Shown here one piece after another: positions 1 through 13,200 of a stretch of 64,000 nucleotides of DNA (position 1 is its first letter; the number at the start of each line of letters is the position of its first letter). The notes under the pieces are model-generated. The model did not search any database. It was not told the DNA's origin and saw only the letters and a list, made by a program, of their open reading frames with translations. Both the position numbers and the translations under genes were made by a program. The DNA is from the human T2T-CHM13v2.0 reference genome, Homo sapiens. Location: NCBI RefSeq assembly GCF_009914755.1, contig NC_060931.1; one strand, written 5' to 3'.

Positions 1-1710
1 ATTTCCCTTAATAATGGTTGACCTTTGTTCCAGCAGGCAGTTAATATACTTGAAGAGCAGCTTAATCATTTTAATAGTTTGCTTTTTATGATTTTAGGGT
101 GTGCTCAGCATAGTTGTTACAGATAGTTTAACCCTACCACTAATATAGGGTATGTAATGGATGTCTAGTGTTCAAAGAGGTCTTTCCATTTGAGCCAGTG
201 TGTACCCTTTCATTCTTAGACCCATGAAAGTTCTGGTAGTTATTCATATTATAACTTCCAGTAGTCACTTTTTGCCAGTCATTATGAAGTCTCACCCTAC
301 AGATGCATAACTTAGTATTGAGCAAAATCTTCTAGGGGATCAAAAAAAATTATGTAGCTCTTTGTTTGAAATGCTCTCTTCCTTCTGGTATTCAGATTGC
401 AAATTCCAGCTGTCCAGCCTCTGTGAACTCTCATTTTTCTCTCCTCAGCTCAGCAATTATGTTGTTATTTGTTTTCAAATATCGTTCTCTGTTTTATGGT
501 TTGGAAAGCATCTCCAGGAAGAAACGTAGAGTAATTTTAGAACGTATATGGCTTATTTTTCCATTCTTAGGGATCACAGTCTTGCAATACTTTTTGTCCA
601 ATATCAGAATACCATATACTCTCTCTTATTGGTGCTTTTGAAAAACAGAAATTAAAAATTTCCATATAGTCTAATTAATCAGTTTTTCCCTTTTCGTACT
701 TCAAAGTAATAAATATATTCTCTTATTTTCTTCTTAAAATTTTTTGTTGTGCTATCTTTCACATTTAGATTTGCAATGTGAAGTAGGGTTCAGTTTTACG
801 TTTATCAAAATAATCCAACTTTTTATTGAAAAGACAACCATTTTCCCCATGGAACTACAGTATTTTCTTTGTTACAAATTAGAAGAGTGATCTGTAAAAG
901 TATTTTTCTCGACTCTATATTCTGTTTCATTCTTTAGTACACCTAATGTTGCTTCAAAACCACTTTGTCTTAAATATTATTGCTAAATAATAAGTATTCA
1001 TATTGGTAATATAAATCTCCTATATTTGTTCTGTCTGAATTTTTTTCTTTTTGCATTTCAGTACCTTTTAAATTTTGGTATAAATTTTAGAATCAGCTTG
1101 TTATTTATGCAAATATATCCCGCTGGGCTTTTTTATTAGGATTGTATTATATCTCTTTATAAATTATGTGGGTGTATATATACATGTGTAGTACATATAT
1201 ATAAATTTGAAGAGGATTTATATCTATGCAATATTAAGAATTCAATCTATTTTTTTGTTTGTTTGTTTTTGAGAGAGGGACTTGCTCTGCCACCCACCCT
1301 GCAGTGTAGTGGCATGATCATTGCTCATGGCAGCCTCAATCCCCCTAGGCTCAAGTGGTCCTCCCACCTCAGCCTCCTGGGTAGCTGAAACCACAGGTGT
1401 ATGCCACCACACCTGGCTAGTTTCTAATTTTTTTTTTTTTTTGAGATAGGGTCTCACTATTTTGCCTAGGCTTAAGTGGTCCTCCCACCTTGGCCTCCCA
1501 AAGGGCTGTGATTACAGGTGTGAGCCATTGTGCCTGGTCTCTCTCAATCTATTAATATGTATTTTCAACCTTTTATTTAGATCTTAAAATTCTCTCAGTA
1601 ATGCTTTGTAGTGTCTAGAGGTTTTTCACTGTTTTATTAGATTTATTCCTAAAATGAATGTTTCTTATATTATTGTGAATGGCATTGTTTATTCATTTCA
1701 TTTTTCATTT
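1..1710 (-). mobile_element. Old L1 (L1M/L1ME-MC class) fragments, antisense: 5'UTR-like part (~1-640) and ORF2 part (~650-1710), interrupted by AluJ
   Basis: Antisense L1 ORF2 motifs such as TAAATTTTAGAATCAGCTTG and TTAGATTTATTCCTAA; GGGATCACAGTCTTGC resembles old L1 5' ends. Highly diverged, boundaries approximate. Confidence 0.6.
1252..1539 (-). mobile_element. AluJ
   Basis: Dimeric Alu with T-tail at left, J-type diagnostics, ~20-bp deletion in left monomer; TSD TCAATCTATT at 1242-1251 and 1544-1553. Confidence 0.95.
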
Positions 1711-1719
1711 TGCATACTG

Positions 1720-2092
1720 ATACTAAATATAAGAATTTTGATAACTGCACAGTGAATACAGCAATCAAGATGAATTATCTATAACTATATGCAATAAAGT
1801 GGATGAATCTCACAAATGTATTAGTAAACAACAGAAGATAGACAAAACAAGGACTCTGATATGATTATACTTACAAGAAGTACAAAAACAGGTGATACAA
1901 ATCTCTGCTGTTAAATGTCAGGCTAGTGATTACATTTGGGGCATCATCACTATAAACTTCAAATGAGATTATGAACTGACAATGTCCTATTCCTTTATTG
2001 GAATGCTGGTTACATGGATGTTTTCAGTAAGTGATAAGTCAGGAAGCTGTACAATTATGTGTATATTTTTGGTGAAAAGTAAACAAAATTAA
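1720..2092 (+). mobile_element. L1ME-type 3' end
   Basis: GGATGAATCTCACAAA...TATGATTATACTTA...GCTGGTTACATGGATG resemble L1ME ORF2 end/3'UTR. Confidence 0.65.
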
Positions 2093-3214
2093 AAGAGCAG
2101 AGATGAATCTAGCGTCCAATTTACTTTTACTACTTACCATACTTCATGTTTTAAAACTTATGTGCTACATAGAGAATAAAAATGGGAAGAATCAATGATG
2201 GGGGTGGGGAGAGGTATAAACCTTGGGGGTGGCTTTGCATGATTTGTACACTCTGTATTTCTCAGAAATGCCCAACCTATGACATCTTTCCTTGTTTCGT
2301 TTTGAAACAGCTGGCTGTAGTTGACTTCCTTCTAAATTACAAATATTTTTTGACTAGTAAGTCTCTAGGGAGAAGCTGGGATGGGAGCCTCACTGAAAAC
2401 ATATTTGCTTTGCCAGTGACAGTCACGCAAATCCAGAGTAGTGGTGGGAGACAAGGCACTGCTTGGTGGTGACAACAGCTGTTAAGCAGAGGCAACACAT
2501 AAGGGAGCATAGGTCAAACTTTATGGAAAAATGTTAACACATTAAATTCCAGTTTTATCTTAGGCACTGGGATGGCTTGTACCCTGTCAGGTATGGTATT
2601 TACTTGCTAGTAGTTGCCATTAAAAGCATGCTAAATAGCCATGTAATAAGCATTAGATAATTTCATGTTTCAGAATTGCATTTTTTTCTCAGATTAAAAA
2701 AAAGCACAAAATATGCAACTGTATTTTGTTCTATATGGTTATTTATTGCTTGCTCTTAGTGGATATATGAAATGAATTGCATTATGACAAACCCATGTGT
2801 TTAATAATGAAAAAGCCTTCCAGCAATCTTTCAAGGATTTCAATCAGATTGTTATAAGAATGTTTTTCTGTATCTTCAGGTTTGATCCATATGCATATGG
2901 TGAGGATATAGAATTCATCTAAATAACCACAGTACATGTCTACATCAATTTTAGCTCTGTTTTTAATGAATTCTCAGACTTGCTAACAGATCTTAACAAA
3001 ATTATGGCCAAACAAAATAAATATAATTTCCCTCTCCAATTATAGCCTTAAGAGCTTACGCTAACTCTAAGTAAAAATGCACTAATGTCTAACTTGCACT
3101 CTTTTAAATTAAGTAGAAATTCTTTGCAGGAAAAAAACTACCTAAAATAATCCAACTTTATTTAACCTCTGTGATTAAGAGAGCGAAATACATTTTGGAC
3201 ACAGGTATTCTTAG

Positions 3215-3543
<329 letters not shown>

Positions 3544-4040
3544 AGATTTGAGATTTTTAAATGTAAATTAACAAAGAAACATACAACTACATTTGAAAGC
3601 TGTCCTTGAACTCAGCCTAATCATTCTACACTTAGTTAAGAATTTATGCTTGGAAAAATCTTTAGTAACAGTTTTTAATCTGCCTAGTTTCTTTCTATCT
3701 GTAGTAAATATTAATTCCATAGTAAGTAATCATAATTCCATGATTCTATGTTCGTCTTTCTATGTGTTATCATAAAGTTATGTTTAATATTGCTATTGAT
3801 TCGCCACTGTAATGGCTGGTAAGAATTTTTGTAACTATGTTCCTTAATGTTACACATCCAAAACATTTAGTGTTGTGATTTAATGTTACACTGCTACAAT
3901 GTTATTAAGTCATATCCATAAAACTACTTAAATGTTACTGTTACCCAATAATTATTACATATATGGTTCTAGCGCCAGTTTTAATTATTACTTCTATTCT
4001 TTTATAGGGAAAACATTTTGAGTACGTTAAATTAATTTTC

Positions 4041-7000
4041 AGGACCGACATCAGCAAGGTGGTGGAATATGACTTTTCAGCATTTATTCGCTTACAGAAA
4101 CATCCATCAAAACAACTATCCATGTGCAAAAGTATCTTCATAAAAACTAAGGAAACCAGGTGAGAGATCACAGTACCTGACTGTAGCACAGAAATATTAA
4201 AAGACACATGGAAGAGGGTAGGAAGGACTGTCAGTTTTACATTACCTGCAACATCCCTTTCCCAACCCCAGGAAGTACAGTATGGAGAAATACCCTCAAC
4301 TTAGGGGAAAGAGAGGAAAGTGAGTACTGGACTTTGCCCTGGACTCCAAAACCAGGCCTGCCCCAGTAAAACTCACTGCCAGAAAGGTCCCTACAGCCCC
4401 GGATTCCAGGTTAGCACCTGAAGATTGAACCTCCAAGCCTGCCTTGGCACAAAGTGGGATCCCACAGCCTTAGACTCTAGGCTTGCCCAGCAGACTTGGC
4501 CTCTGGACCTGCCTTGATGTGGGGACTCAACTGGCACTGGAATGGGCCCAAAGCCCAACGTCACTGGGGCCCACCCAGTTGCCCTGGGCTTTGGGCCCGT
4601 CCCAGTGCCAATTGAGTCCCTGAATACTGAGGCCCCAGGCCTGCCAGGTTGGCCCCAGAGCTAAGCCAGCCCTGGTGGTCCTAGGCTTCAGATTGCCCTC
4701 AACACCAGACTAGCCCCAAGGTACCAAGCTTCAGGCACACCTCAGCACAAACCAAGCCCCACAGTCCTATTCATCAGGTCAGTGCTTATAGACCCAGCTT
4801 CTAAACCACCCCCTGAAGATACAAGCTCTAGGTCTGCCCAGCCCCAAGTGATCCCCTGTGGTCCTAGGCTCCAGGCCCACCAGAAATTTCAGAACAGCCC
4901 AGAGTCAGGTCAGTCCACATAGCCCAGAAATCAGTCCTGCCCCAGCTCCAGGTTAACTCTCTTGGCCTCAGACACCCATGGACAAAAGCTCCAGGCCTTC
5001 CTGTACTAGGCTAGTCCCCATAACCCTACCCTTCAGTCTGACCTCTATGGCCCCACACTTCCCCAGACTCAGGTTCCATACCTGCTCAGCAGACCAAGGC
5101 TCATCCCAGTAGACTCCAGCAATGGACAAACCTCCATAAACTCAAAACCCATGACAGTCCCTGTGGACTCATTTTGTAGGCCAACTTTCACAACACAGGG
5201 ACTCAGGCCAACCCTTGTGTACCTAGCCTTTAGGTCAGCACCTTTATACCCATCCTCCAGGCTAGCTTAAGCAAACCCAGGATCCAATTGAGTCCCCCAG
5301 GCTCCAGGCAAGCCCAGTAGCTTCAGGACAGTCCTATGGACTCAGGATCCGGTCCATCCCAGCACATGCCTAGCTCCTGCTGACTCAGGCTCATGTCCCA
5401 TCCCAATACTAGGTCAGCTCCTGTGAGGCCAGGCTTCATTCTGGCTTCCACAGATACAGGCTCCAGGTCTGCCATCATGGACCCAGCCCTAGGAACACCA
5501 TATGGACCCAATCCACATGTCCATACCAGTAGATCCAGGATCCACACCTAACTCTGTACACTAGCTCTGGTCCTACTCACCTGCTGACCCATGTACCAGG
5601 CTAGCCTTCCTGATGACTGCAGCAGCAAGGCTGCCCATGGGCCACCCCAGACAGCCTGCTTAGAATCTCTAGAAGAGCTGCTTGATGTAAGACATTAAGA
5701 CATTCTTAAACGAAGCCAGTCTTCAAGGACTAGAATAAATCCTTAATTCTTCCAATACATAGACATTAACGTAAAGCAACAAGAAACAAGGAAAGTCAAA
5801 TAGACATAGCACTCCCCAAAGCATATAATAATCTCTAAGTTGATCCAAAGATACAAACTGCCTGACAAATAATTCAAAATAACTCATTAAAAAATGCTCA
5901 CTAAACTTCCATAGGATACAGGGAAACAATTCAATGGAATCAGGAAAACAATAAATTACCAAAAAGAGATATTTACCAAATTACCAAAATTACCAAATTA
6001 CAAAATTACCAAAAGAGATATTTAACAGACAGATTGAAATTTTAAAACAAACAAACAACAACAACAACAACAAAAATCAAACAGAATTTCTGGGGCAGAA
6101 AATTAGAGTGAACGAAATAAAAACCACCAGAGAAAATATCAGTAACAGAATTGATCAAGTAGAAAAAAGATTTATACATGAATTTGAAGACAAGTTATTT
6201 GAAAATATACAGTCAGAAGAGAAAAAAATAAAACAAATAAAAAGGAATAAAGAAATTTATTTTTAGAAATTTTTAGGACTTATGGAAAAATATTCAAAGG
6301 ACAAATTTTCAAGTTGTAAGAGTTCAAGAAGGAGAGAAGAAACAAAGGGTAGAAAGCTTCACAACTTTATTTAAAGAAGCAATAGCATACATTCTCCAAA
6401 TCCGAAGCAACATAAATATCCAGGTACAAGAAGGTGGAGGTCTCCAATCAAATTCAATCCAAACAAGACTACACCAAGATATATTAATTGAACTGTCAAA
6501 AATTAAAGATAAAGAGAGGATACTGGAAGTATAAAGAGAAAAGAACTAATTCAGATATAAGGGATTTTCAATAAGACTGTCACCTAATTCCTCAGCAAAA
6601 ATGCCACAGACCAGAAGAGAGTAGCATGACATACTCAAAGCACTGAGGGAAAATACTGACAATAAAGAGTATGTGGCAAAAGCTGTGCTTCAGAAATGAA
6701 GAAGACATACATGAAGACTTTTCCAGAGGAACAAAATCTGAGTGTTCATCATTATCAGATCTGTCTTACAAGAAATGCTGAAAGGAATTCTTCCCACTTA
6801 AAGAAAAAGACTCTAATAACAGGAAAACAAGTGAAAGTTTACAACTCACTGGTAAAAGTAAGTGCACAGTCAAATAATGAATAATAATTCAGAATAATCC
6901 AATACTGTAATGATGGTATGTAAATCACTTAAATTTTCAATATGAAGGTTAAAAGATAAAACCATTAAAAGTAATAATAGCTACAATATTTGTTAAGGGA

Positions 7001-8853
7001 CACACAATTTAATAAGATGTAAATTATGATATCAAATCATATAATGGGGGATGGAGTAGAAGTATAGAGCTATTGTATGTGATAAAAATTAAGTTATTCT
7101 TGGCTTAATATATCCTGTTACAACTATAAGGTGTCTTATGTAAGCCTTGTGGTAACCTCAAAGCAAAAACCTATAGTAGATACACAGCAGTTAAAATTAA
7201 GAATTCAAAACACACCACTAAAGAAAATCATCTAATCACAAAGGAAGACAGCAAGATTTCTAAAAAAGAGAAAAGAATCTATAAAACTATCAGAAATTAA
7301 TTAACAAAATGACAGTAGTAAGGTCTTACTCATTAATAATTGCCTTGAAAATACATTGATTAAATTTTCCATCAGAAAATATAGCATTGCTGAATATATA
7401 TAAAAAAAGACCCAACAATAAGTTGAGACTCATTTCATCTTTAAGAGCAAATATGAACTAAAAGGCAAAGAATGGAAAAAGATTTCCCATGCAAACAGAA
7501 ACAAAAAGATAGCAGTGGTACACATGCTTATGCCAGATAAAATAAGCTTTAAGTCAAAAACAGTATAAAAAAAGAAAAAAAAGATACAGAAGGTCATTGT
7601 ATAATGATAAAGGAGTCAGTTCAGCACAATGATATAACAATTATAAATACATATATACATCCAATTATCAGAGCATGTAAATATATAAAGCAAATATTAA
7701 TAGATGTGGAGAGCTAGACTGTCATGTAAAAATAGTCACGGACTTCAATAACCTGTTTTCAGCAATGGATAGATCATCCAAACAGAAAATCAATCAGGAA
7801 ACATTGGACTTAAACTACACTTTAGTTCAAGCGGACCTCACAGACATATACAGAATATTTCACCCTATAGCAGTAAAACATACATTCTTCTCAAGCACAC
7901 ATGAAACATTCTCCAGAATAGATTATACTTTAGGCTACCAAAAAAAAAAAAACTCAAAAACTTAAGAAAACTGAATTATATTGACTAATTTTTCTTAGCA
8001 CAATGGAATAAAACTAGAAATCAGTAACAGAAGAAATTTTAGAAAATTCACATTGAAATTAAACAATATAAACAATCCATGGGTCAAAGAAAAAAAATAG
8101 GGAAATTAAAAAATATCCTGAGACAAGCAAAAATGAAAATAAAATATACAAAAATTTATAGAATACAGAAAAGACATCTCTAAGAGGTAAGTTTAAAGCA
8201 ATAAATGCATATACCAAAAAATAATAAAATGTTAAATAAATAATATTATACCTCAAGAAACTAGAGAAAGAAAACAAAGCCCAACATTAGTGGAGGAGAA
8301 AAAAATAATAAATACCAGAACAAAAATAAATGAAATAGAAAATAATCAACAAAACCAAGACAAACCTTTAGCTAGACTAAGGAAAAAAAAGAGAAGACTC
8401 AAATAAATAAAATAATAAATTAAAGCAGAGACATTACAGCTGATACCACATTAATATAAGAGATAATAAGAGACTATTATGAACAACTATATGCCAACTA
8501 ATTGGATAACCTAAAAGAAATGGATAAGTTTCTAGACACATACGACCTACCGGGATGAAATCATAAAGAAATAAATAATCTGAATAAGCCAATAAGGAAT
8601 AAGGCAATTGAATCATTTATTAAAACTCTCCCATCAAAGAAAAGGCCAGGACCTGATGGCTTCACTGCTGAATTTTATCAAACATTTGAAGAAAAAATAA
8701 TTCCCATCTTTCTCAAGCGTTTGCAAAAAATTAAAGATCAGGGAAAACTGAATCCAGGAGGCTGAGCTTGCAGTGAGCTGAGATCGCGCCACTGCACTCC
8801 AGCCTGGGCAACAGTGCGAGACTCCATCTAAAAAAAATAAATAAATAAAATAA

Positions 8854-8890
<37 letters not shown>

Positions 8891-10212
8891 GAAAAGGAAA
8901 TTATAGGCCAATATCCCTGATCAATATAGAGGCAAAAAATCCTCAACAAAATGCTAGCAATTCTAATTCAACAGCAAATTTAAGGAATCATTCTCCATGA
9001 CCAATTGGAATTTACGTTAGGAATGCAAGGGTAGTTCAGCATACACAAATCTGTAACTGAGACACAACAGAGTAAAGGAACAACCTATGTAATGGGAGAA
9101 AATATATACAAACTATTCATCTGATAAGAGATTAATATCCCAAGTCTATAATAAATTCAAACAACTCAATGGCAAGAAAACAAATAACACAATTAATAAC
9201 CCAATGAGCAAATACCTGCATAGACATTTCTCAGAGAAAAACATAACAGTGTCCAACAGGTACGTGAATAAATGCTCAACATCACTAATCATCAGGTAAA
9301 TGCAGATTGAAACCACAATGAAATATTACCTCACACCTGTTAGGATTAGTCTTATTAAAAATATGAAAGATAAGTATTGATGGGAATGTGGAGAAAAAGG
9401 ATTCCTTTCACATGGTTTGTGGGAATGCAAATTAGTACAGGCATTATGGAATCAATATGAACGTTCCTCAAAAACTTAGAACAACCATTTGATCCATCCA
9501 TCTCAATACTGGGTATATGTTAAAAGGAAATGAAATTGGTATTTTGAAGAGATATCTGAACTCCCATGATCATTACAGTGTTACTGACAATAGTCAAGAT
9601 GTAGAATCAACCTACATGTCCATCAATGCATGAATAAAAAGATGTGGTATATATGTATATAAATAGATACATAAATATATATCTATATCTATATATATAT
9701 GTATTCTACTGTGTATACACACACACACAGTAGAATACTCTTCAGTCCTAGAAAAGAAAAAAATCCTGTCATATGTGACAATACAAATTAACCTGGAGGA
9801 CTTTATGTTGAATGAAATAAGCAAGGCGCAGAAACATGAACACTGCATGATCTCACATATGTAGAATCTAAAGAAGCTGAACTCTGAGATGTAAGAGTAG
9901 AATGGTGGTTAGCAGGGAATGGGGTGGAACAGGGACGATTGCAGAGATGTTAGTCAAAAAGTATGAAATGTGTCAGGCAGGAGGAATAATTTTAAGAGAT
10001 GTTCTGTACAATATGGTGATTCTGGTTAATAATGTGTTGTCTTCTTGAAAATTGCCAAGAGAGTAGATTTTTAAGTATTCTCACCACAAAGAAATAAGTA
10101 TTTGAAGTAATGCACATATTAATTATTTCAACTTAGCCATTCTACAATGAAAATATATTTCAAGACTTCATCTTGTACATAAATATATGCAATTTTTTTC
10201 ACCTAAAAATAA
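4041..10212 (+). mobile_element. Near full-length but dead L1MA (L1MA6/7-like) with internal ORF2 deletion
   Basis: Starts GACATCAGCAAGGTGGTGGAATA (L1M 5' end); GC-richer 5'UTR 4041-5700; decayed ORF1 ~5800-6800; ORF2 remnants (7765-7965 MDRSSKQKINQETLDLNYTL); L1MA 3'UTR 9800-10210; possible TSD TAAATTAATTTT at 4028-4039 and 10213-10224. Confidence 0.9.
8749..8890 (+). mobile_element. 5'-truncated AluY with (AAT)n tail inserted in L1MA
   Basis: GAGCTTGCAGTGAGCTGAGATCGCGCCACTGCACTCCAGCCTGGG followed by A/(AAT)n tail; no TSD seen. Confidence 0.93.
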
Positions 10213-13200
10213 TAAATTAATTTTAAAAATAAAATAAAAACTTTTAAAAAATTTTACAACTCTATCAAGGATAATTTGCTGTAAAATGATTTAAAATTAA
10301 ATAATAGAGTGATGAGAATTTTAAAATATAAATTCCATGTATTTTAAAATAATGAAAGTCCATATGACAAAATTTTACACTGGTGTAAATACAGGTGAGA
10401 TTTTTCTGGAGAACAAATACAAACACAAATAGCAAGATATACATCTGCCTTTTTTTGTCCTCTTTGCACATTGCAATTAAAAGCTGTCAGTATGGCAAGC
10501 AAGAATAATAATAAAGGCTAAAGTATCAGCTCAAATAATGAGCGGTTTTTCCAGTTTTATCATTTTCCATGAAGTCATAATACTTTAATAGCTGTGAATT
10601 GTCGCTGCTGAAAAATCATCTAGAACACTTGCTCAACAGATACTTTTTAAAGCAAGCCAAATCAATTACAACAGATTGAATCAAATTGTACCACTTTTAG
10701 TTTTAAAGAGAAAATAACTGTCTCTATATATATAGTTCTATAATCTCAGACGTTAATATATGGCTTGTCTTTAGTGAGCAAAGAAGTTTAAACTCTCAAA
10801 AAATTCTTTTAACTAGAACTCCAGGTGCAAAATCAAAATAATAATATTCTTAAGGAAAGGTAAAGCTTTTCATTTTCATTGATTCTTACTATGTAGGAAT
10901 TATTTTATATTTTATCTATTGATCCTCACAAAAGGAAGATATGTCAGGGTGAATTCCAGCCCATCTCAAGAAAGCCAACTCACAACATGTACAAATAAAT
11001 GCCAGCTCAGACAAATGCAGCTTCAGTACAAAGCAGAACTTTCAGATTTGAAAGAAGAAACTTTTCTAGTGAGTAGTCAATAAGATTTCATTCAAGAAAT
11101 CAACTCTCTATTTGATATACTGATTAAAGAAGAGGCTAAAAATTCAAACTCTTATTTCCTTAAAAGCCATGAGTGTCTTTGTCTTATCCTAACCCATTCT
11201 GATAATGTCCCCTTTTATCTTCTTGTTCTATTATTCCACTTAGAGGAAATGACTTAGTCTCATTGGGACACATTAAAATTGATCTCAAAAATGTATCTAT
11301 ATATCAGGACAAAACCAATTAAGAGGATGAAATATTTTTTAATTTACAGCTGCTTATAAATAGCCCAGGTTAAAAGAAAATACGGAAATAGAAAGCACCT
11401 CATCACCACTAATTTCCTTTAACCTATTAAATCTAAGAGGCATGTAGAAGTGCATTTGTAAGTTCCATATAATTAATATTTTTGGGTTTTTATTGCTAGT
11501 ATGTTTAATATAAATAAAGAATGTAGCCTCTAATTTTAAAAACTTTAATCAACATTTTAAAAATTAGTTTTATTTACTACCAGATGCATTATTATTCTTA
11601 TAAATATCTACAAACATAAAGTCTATAGTTGCAGGATGAAAACTGACCTTTTCCTATATCTCCATTTAATTGAGTTTGTTAATTATTTAGTGCTGATATC
11701 ATGAAATATTTAGGAGACAAAAGTTATAAAAATGTGCAACATTATCCAATATAATAAATATATTATGTTGACTTAGAGGCCTACATTATTTATTTAATAA
11801 CATCGACATTCTTAAGTTCTGTGTTTTTCACAGTAAAGTCCTTAAGGACATATGCAATTCACTAGTAAACCTGAGTGCAATCTCAATTAAATATAAAGTT
11901 AAGTGCAATTTTAGATGAAATTGCTATATGTCTACCTCTAAATCTTTAGAAAATTTAGTCATGCAATGCTTTCATTCTAATATTCATTGAGATACATGCT
12001 TTATAATGTATTTATCTGATCCATGGCCTGGTGTTAGTAATCTTCATAATGGTGCATTTAAACAAGATGTATTTTGAACATGGGGCTATTATACCAGAGT
12101 GTTAATTGGAACAACTACATTTTCAGATTTTTCTAGATAATATACACATTTATAAATACTTTAGTAATTGTTTGACCTAGAAATGACAATGTGAATACTT
12201 GAGTGTAGAACTCTGAAACCAGTAATGAAATGGTCCAGCAATATAGAGAAAAGCATGAGAATAAGGAATTGGTCTGAGGTCAATTCCTTAGCTGCTCAAA
12301 TTCCTTGCTAGTACTCATGGATCCAGAAAGCTGATGTGTATCATCTGGTTGATATTCATTTTTTAGAGCTTCAGAGCTCCTTTAGAGATTTTTCTCTGTT
12401 TGTTGAATCTTATTCTGGTTTGGAAGTTCCATAACCTCAAATGTTTGGCAGATAAATGGTCTATGTCCTAAGGGAAGAGTTGTAGCATCAGAGACCTCCA
12501 GCCTCCTGCAGGAACACCAAGAAGAAGGTTTCCTGTACCTTATCTTTTTACCCCTTCCTCGTTCTGACAAGTAAAGAGGACTTGGCACATCCATCAAGCT
12601 TCGTGGGTATCAGGGAGACCACTTTTAAACTCACAAGAGACTTACGTGGGCCTAACCCATGAGCACCCATAAGCCTACCACATTCTGATCCTCATCTCGG
12701 GGCTGTTCAATACTGGTGTCTAGACTCTTGAATAGCCCCCCAGGACTCCAAGAAAGCCAAAGGCTTCACTCCCACTCCACTGCCTGACAGCTCTAGCAGC
12801 TGCTTGACTGTAAAGAAGCACATAGATTGGAGTTAGCAGTAGAGGGAAAGCAGAAGATGTCCCAAAAGACGTCCCCAGAAATCTCTCTTAATTTTAGAAT
12901 AGTTTTTAACAGAATTGATTTATTATAAATCTGTATATTTTGTTGATCATAATACAGCTCATTACAAACCAAGTTCAGATCATAAATCACAATCTTTAAA
13001 GAGCTCTTGAAATACGTTTTCTAATTTTTGAGTTAGACACAAGGCTATCCAATAGACGAGCTTACAGCAATTACAATGAATTGATTTACGATTACTAAAT
13101 GAAAAGTACTAATGATTGAAGAAAGATGGACCTTTTTGAATACAAAGAAATGTTTGATTAAAGTATTTATTTCCAAGTAAAATGGGTACAAGAAACCAAA

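Noticed and set aside
2138-2164. 27-nt minus-strand microexon-like segment (TCTATGTAG| ... ATG|GTAAGT)
   Set aside because: Good splice sites and a length divisible by 3, but stops in all three frames and no other support; plausible by chance.
12671-12683. 13-mer AAGCCTACCACAT also present at ~42086
   Set aside because: Isolated 13-bp matches are expected by chance in 64 kb; flanks do not align.
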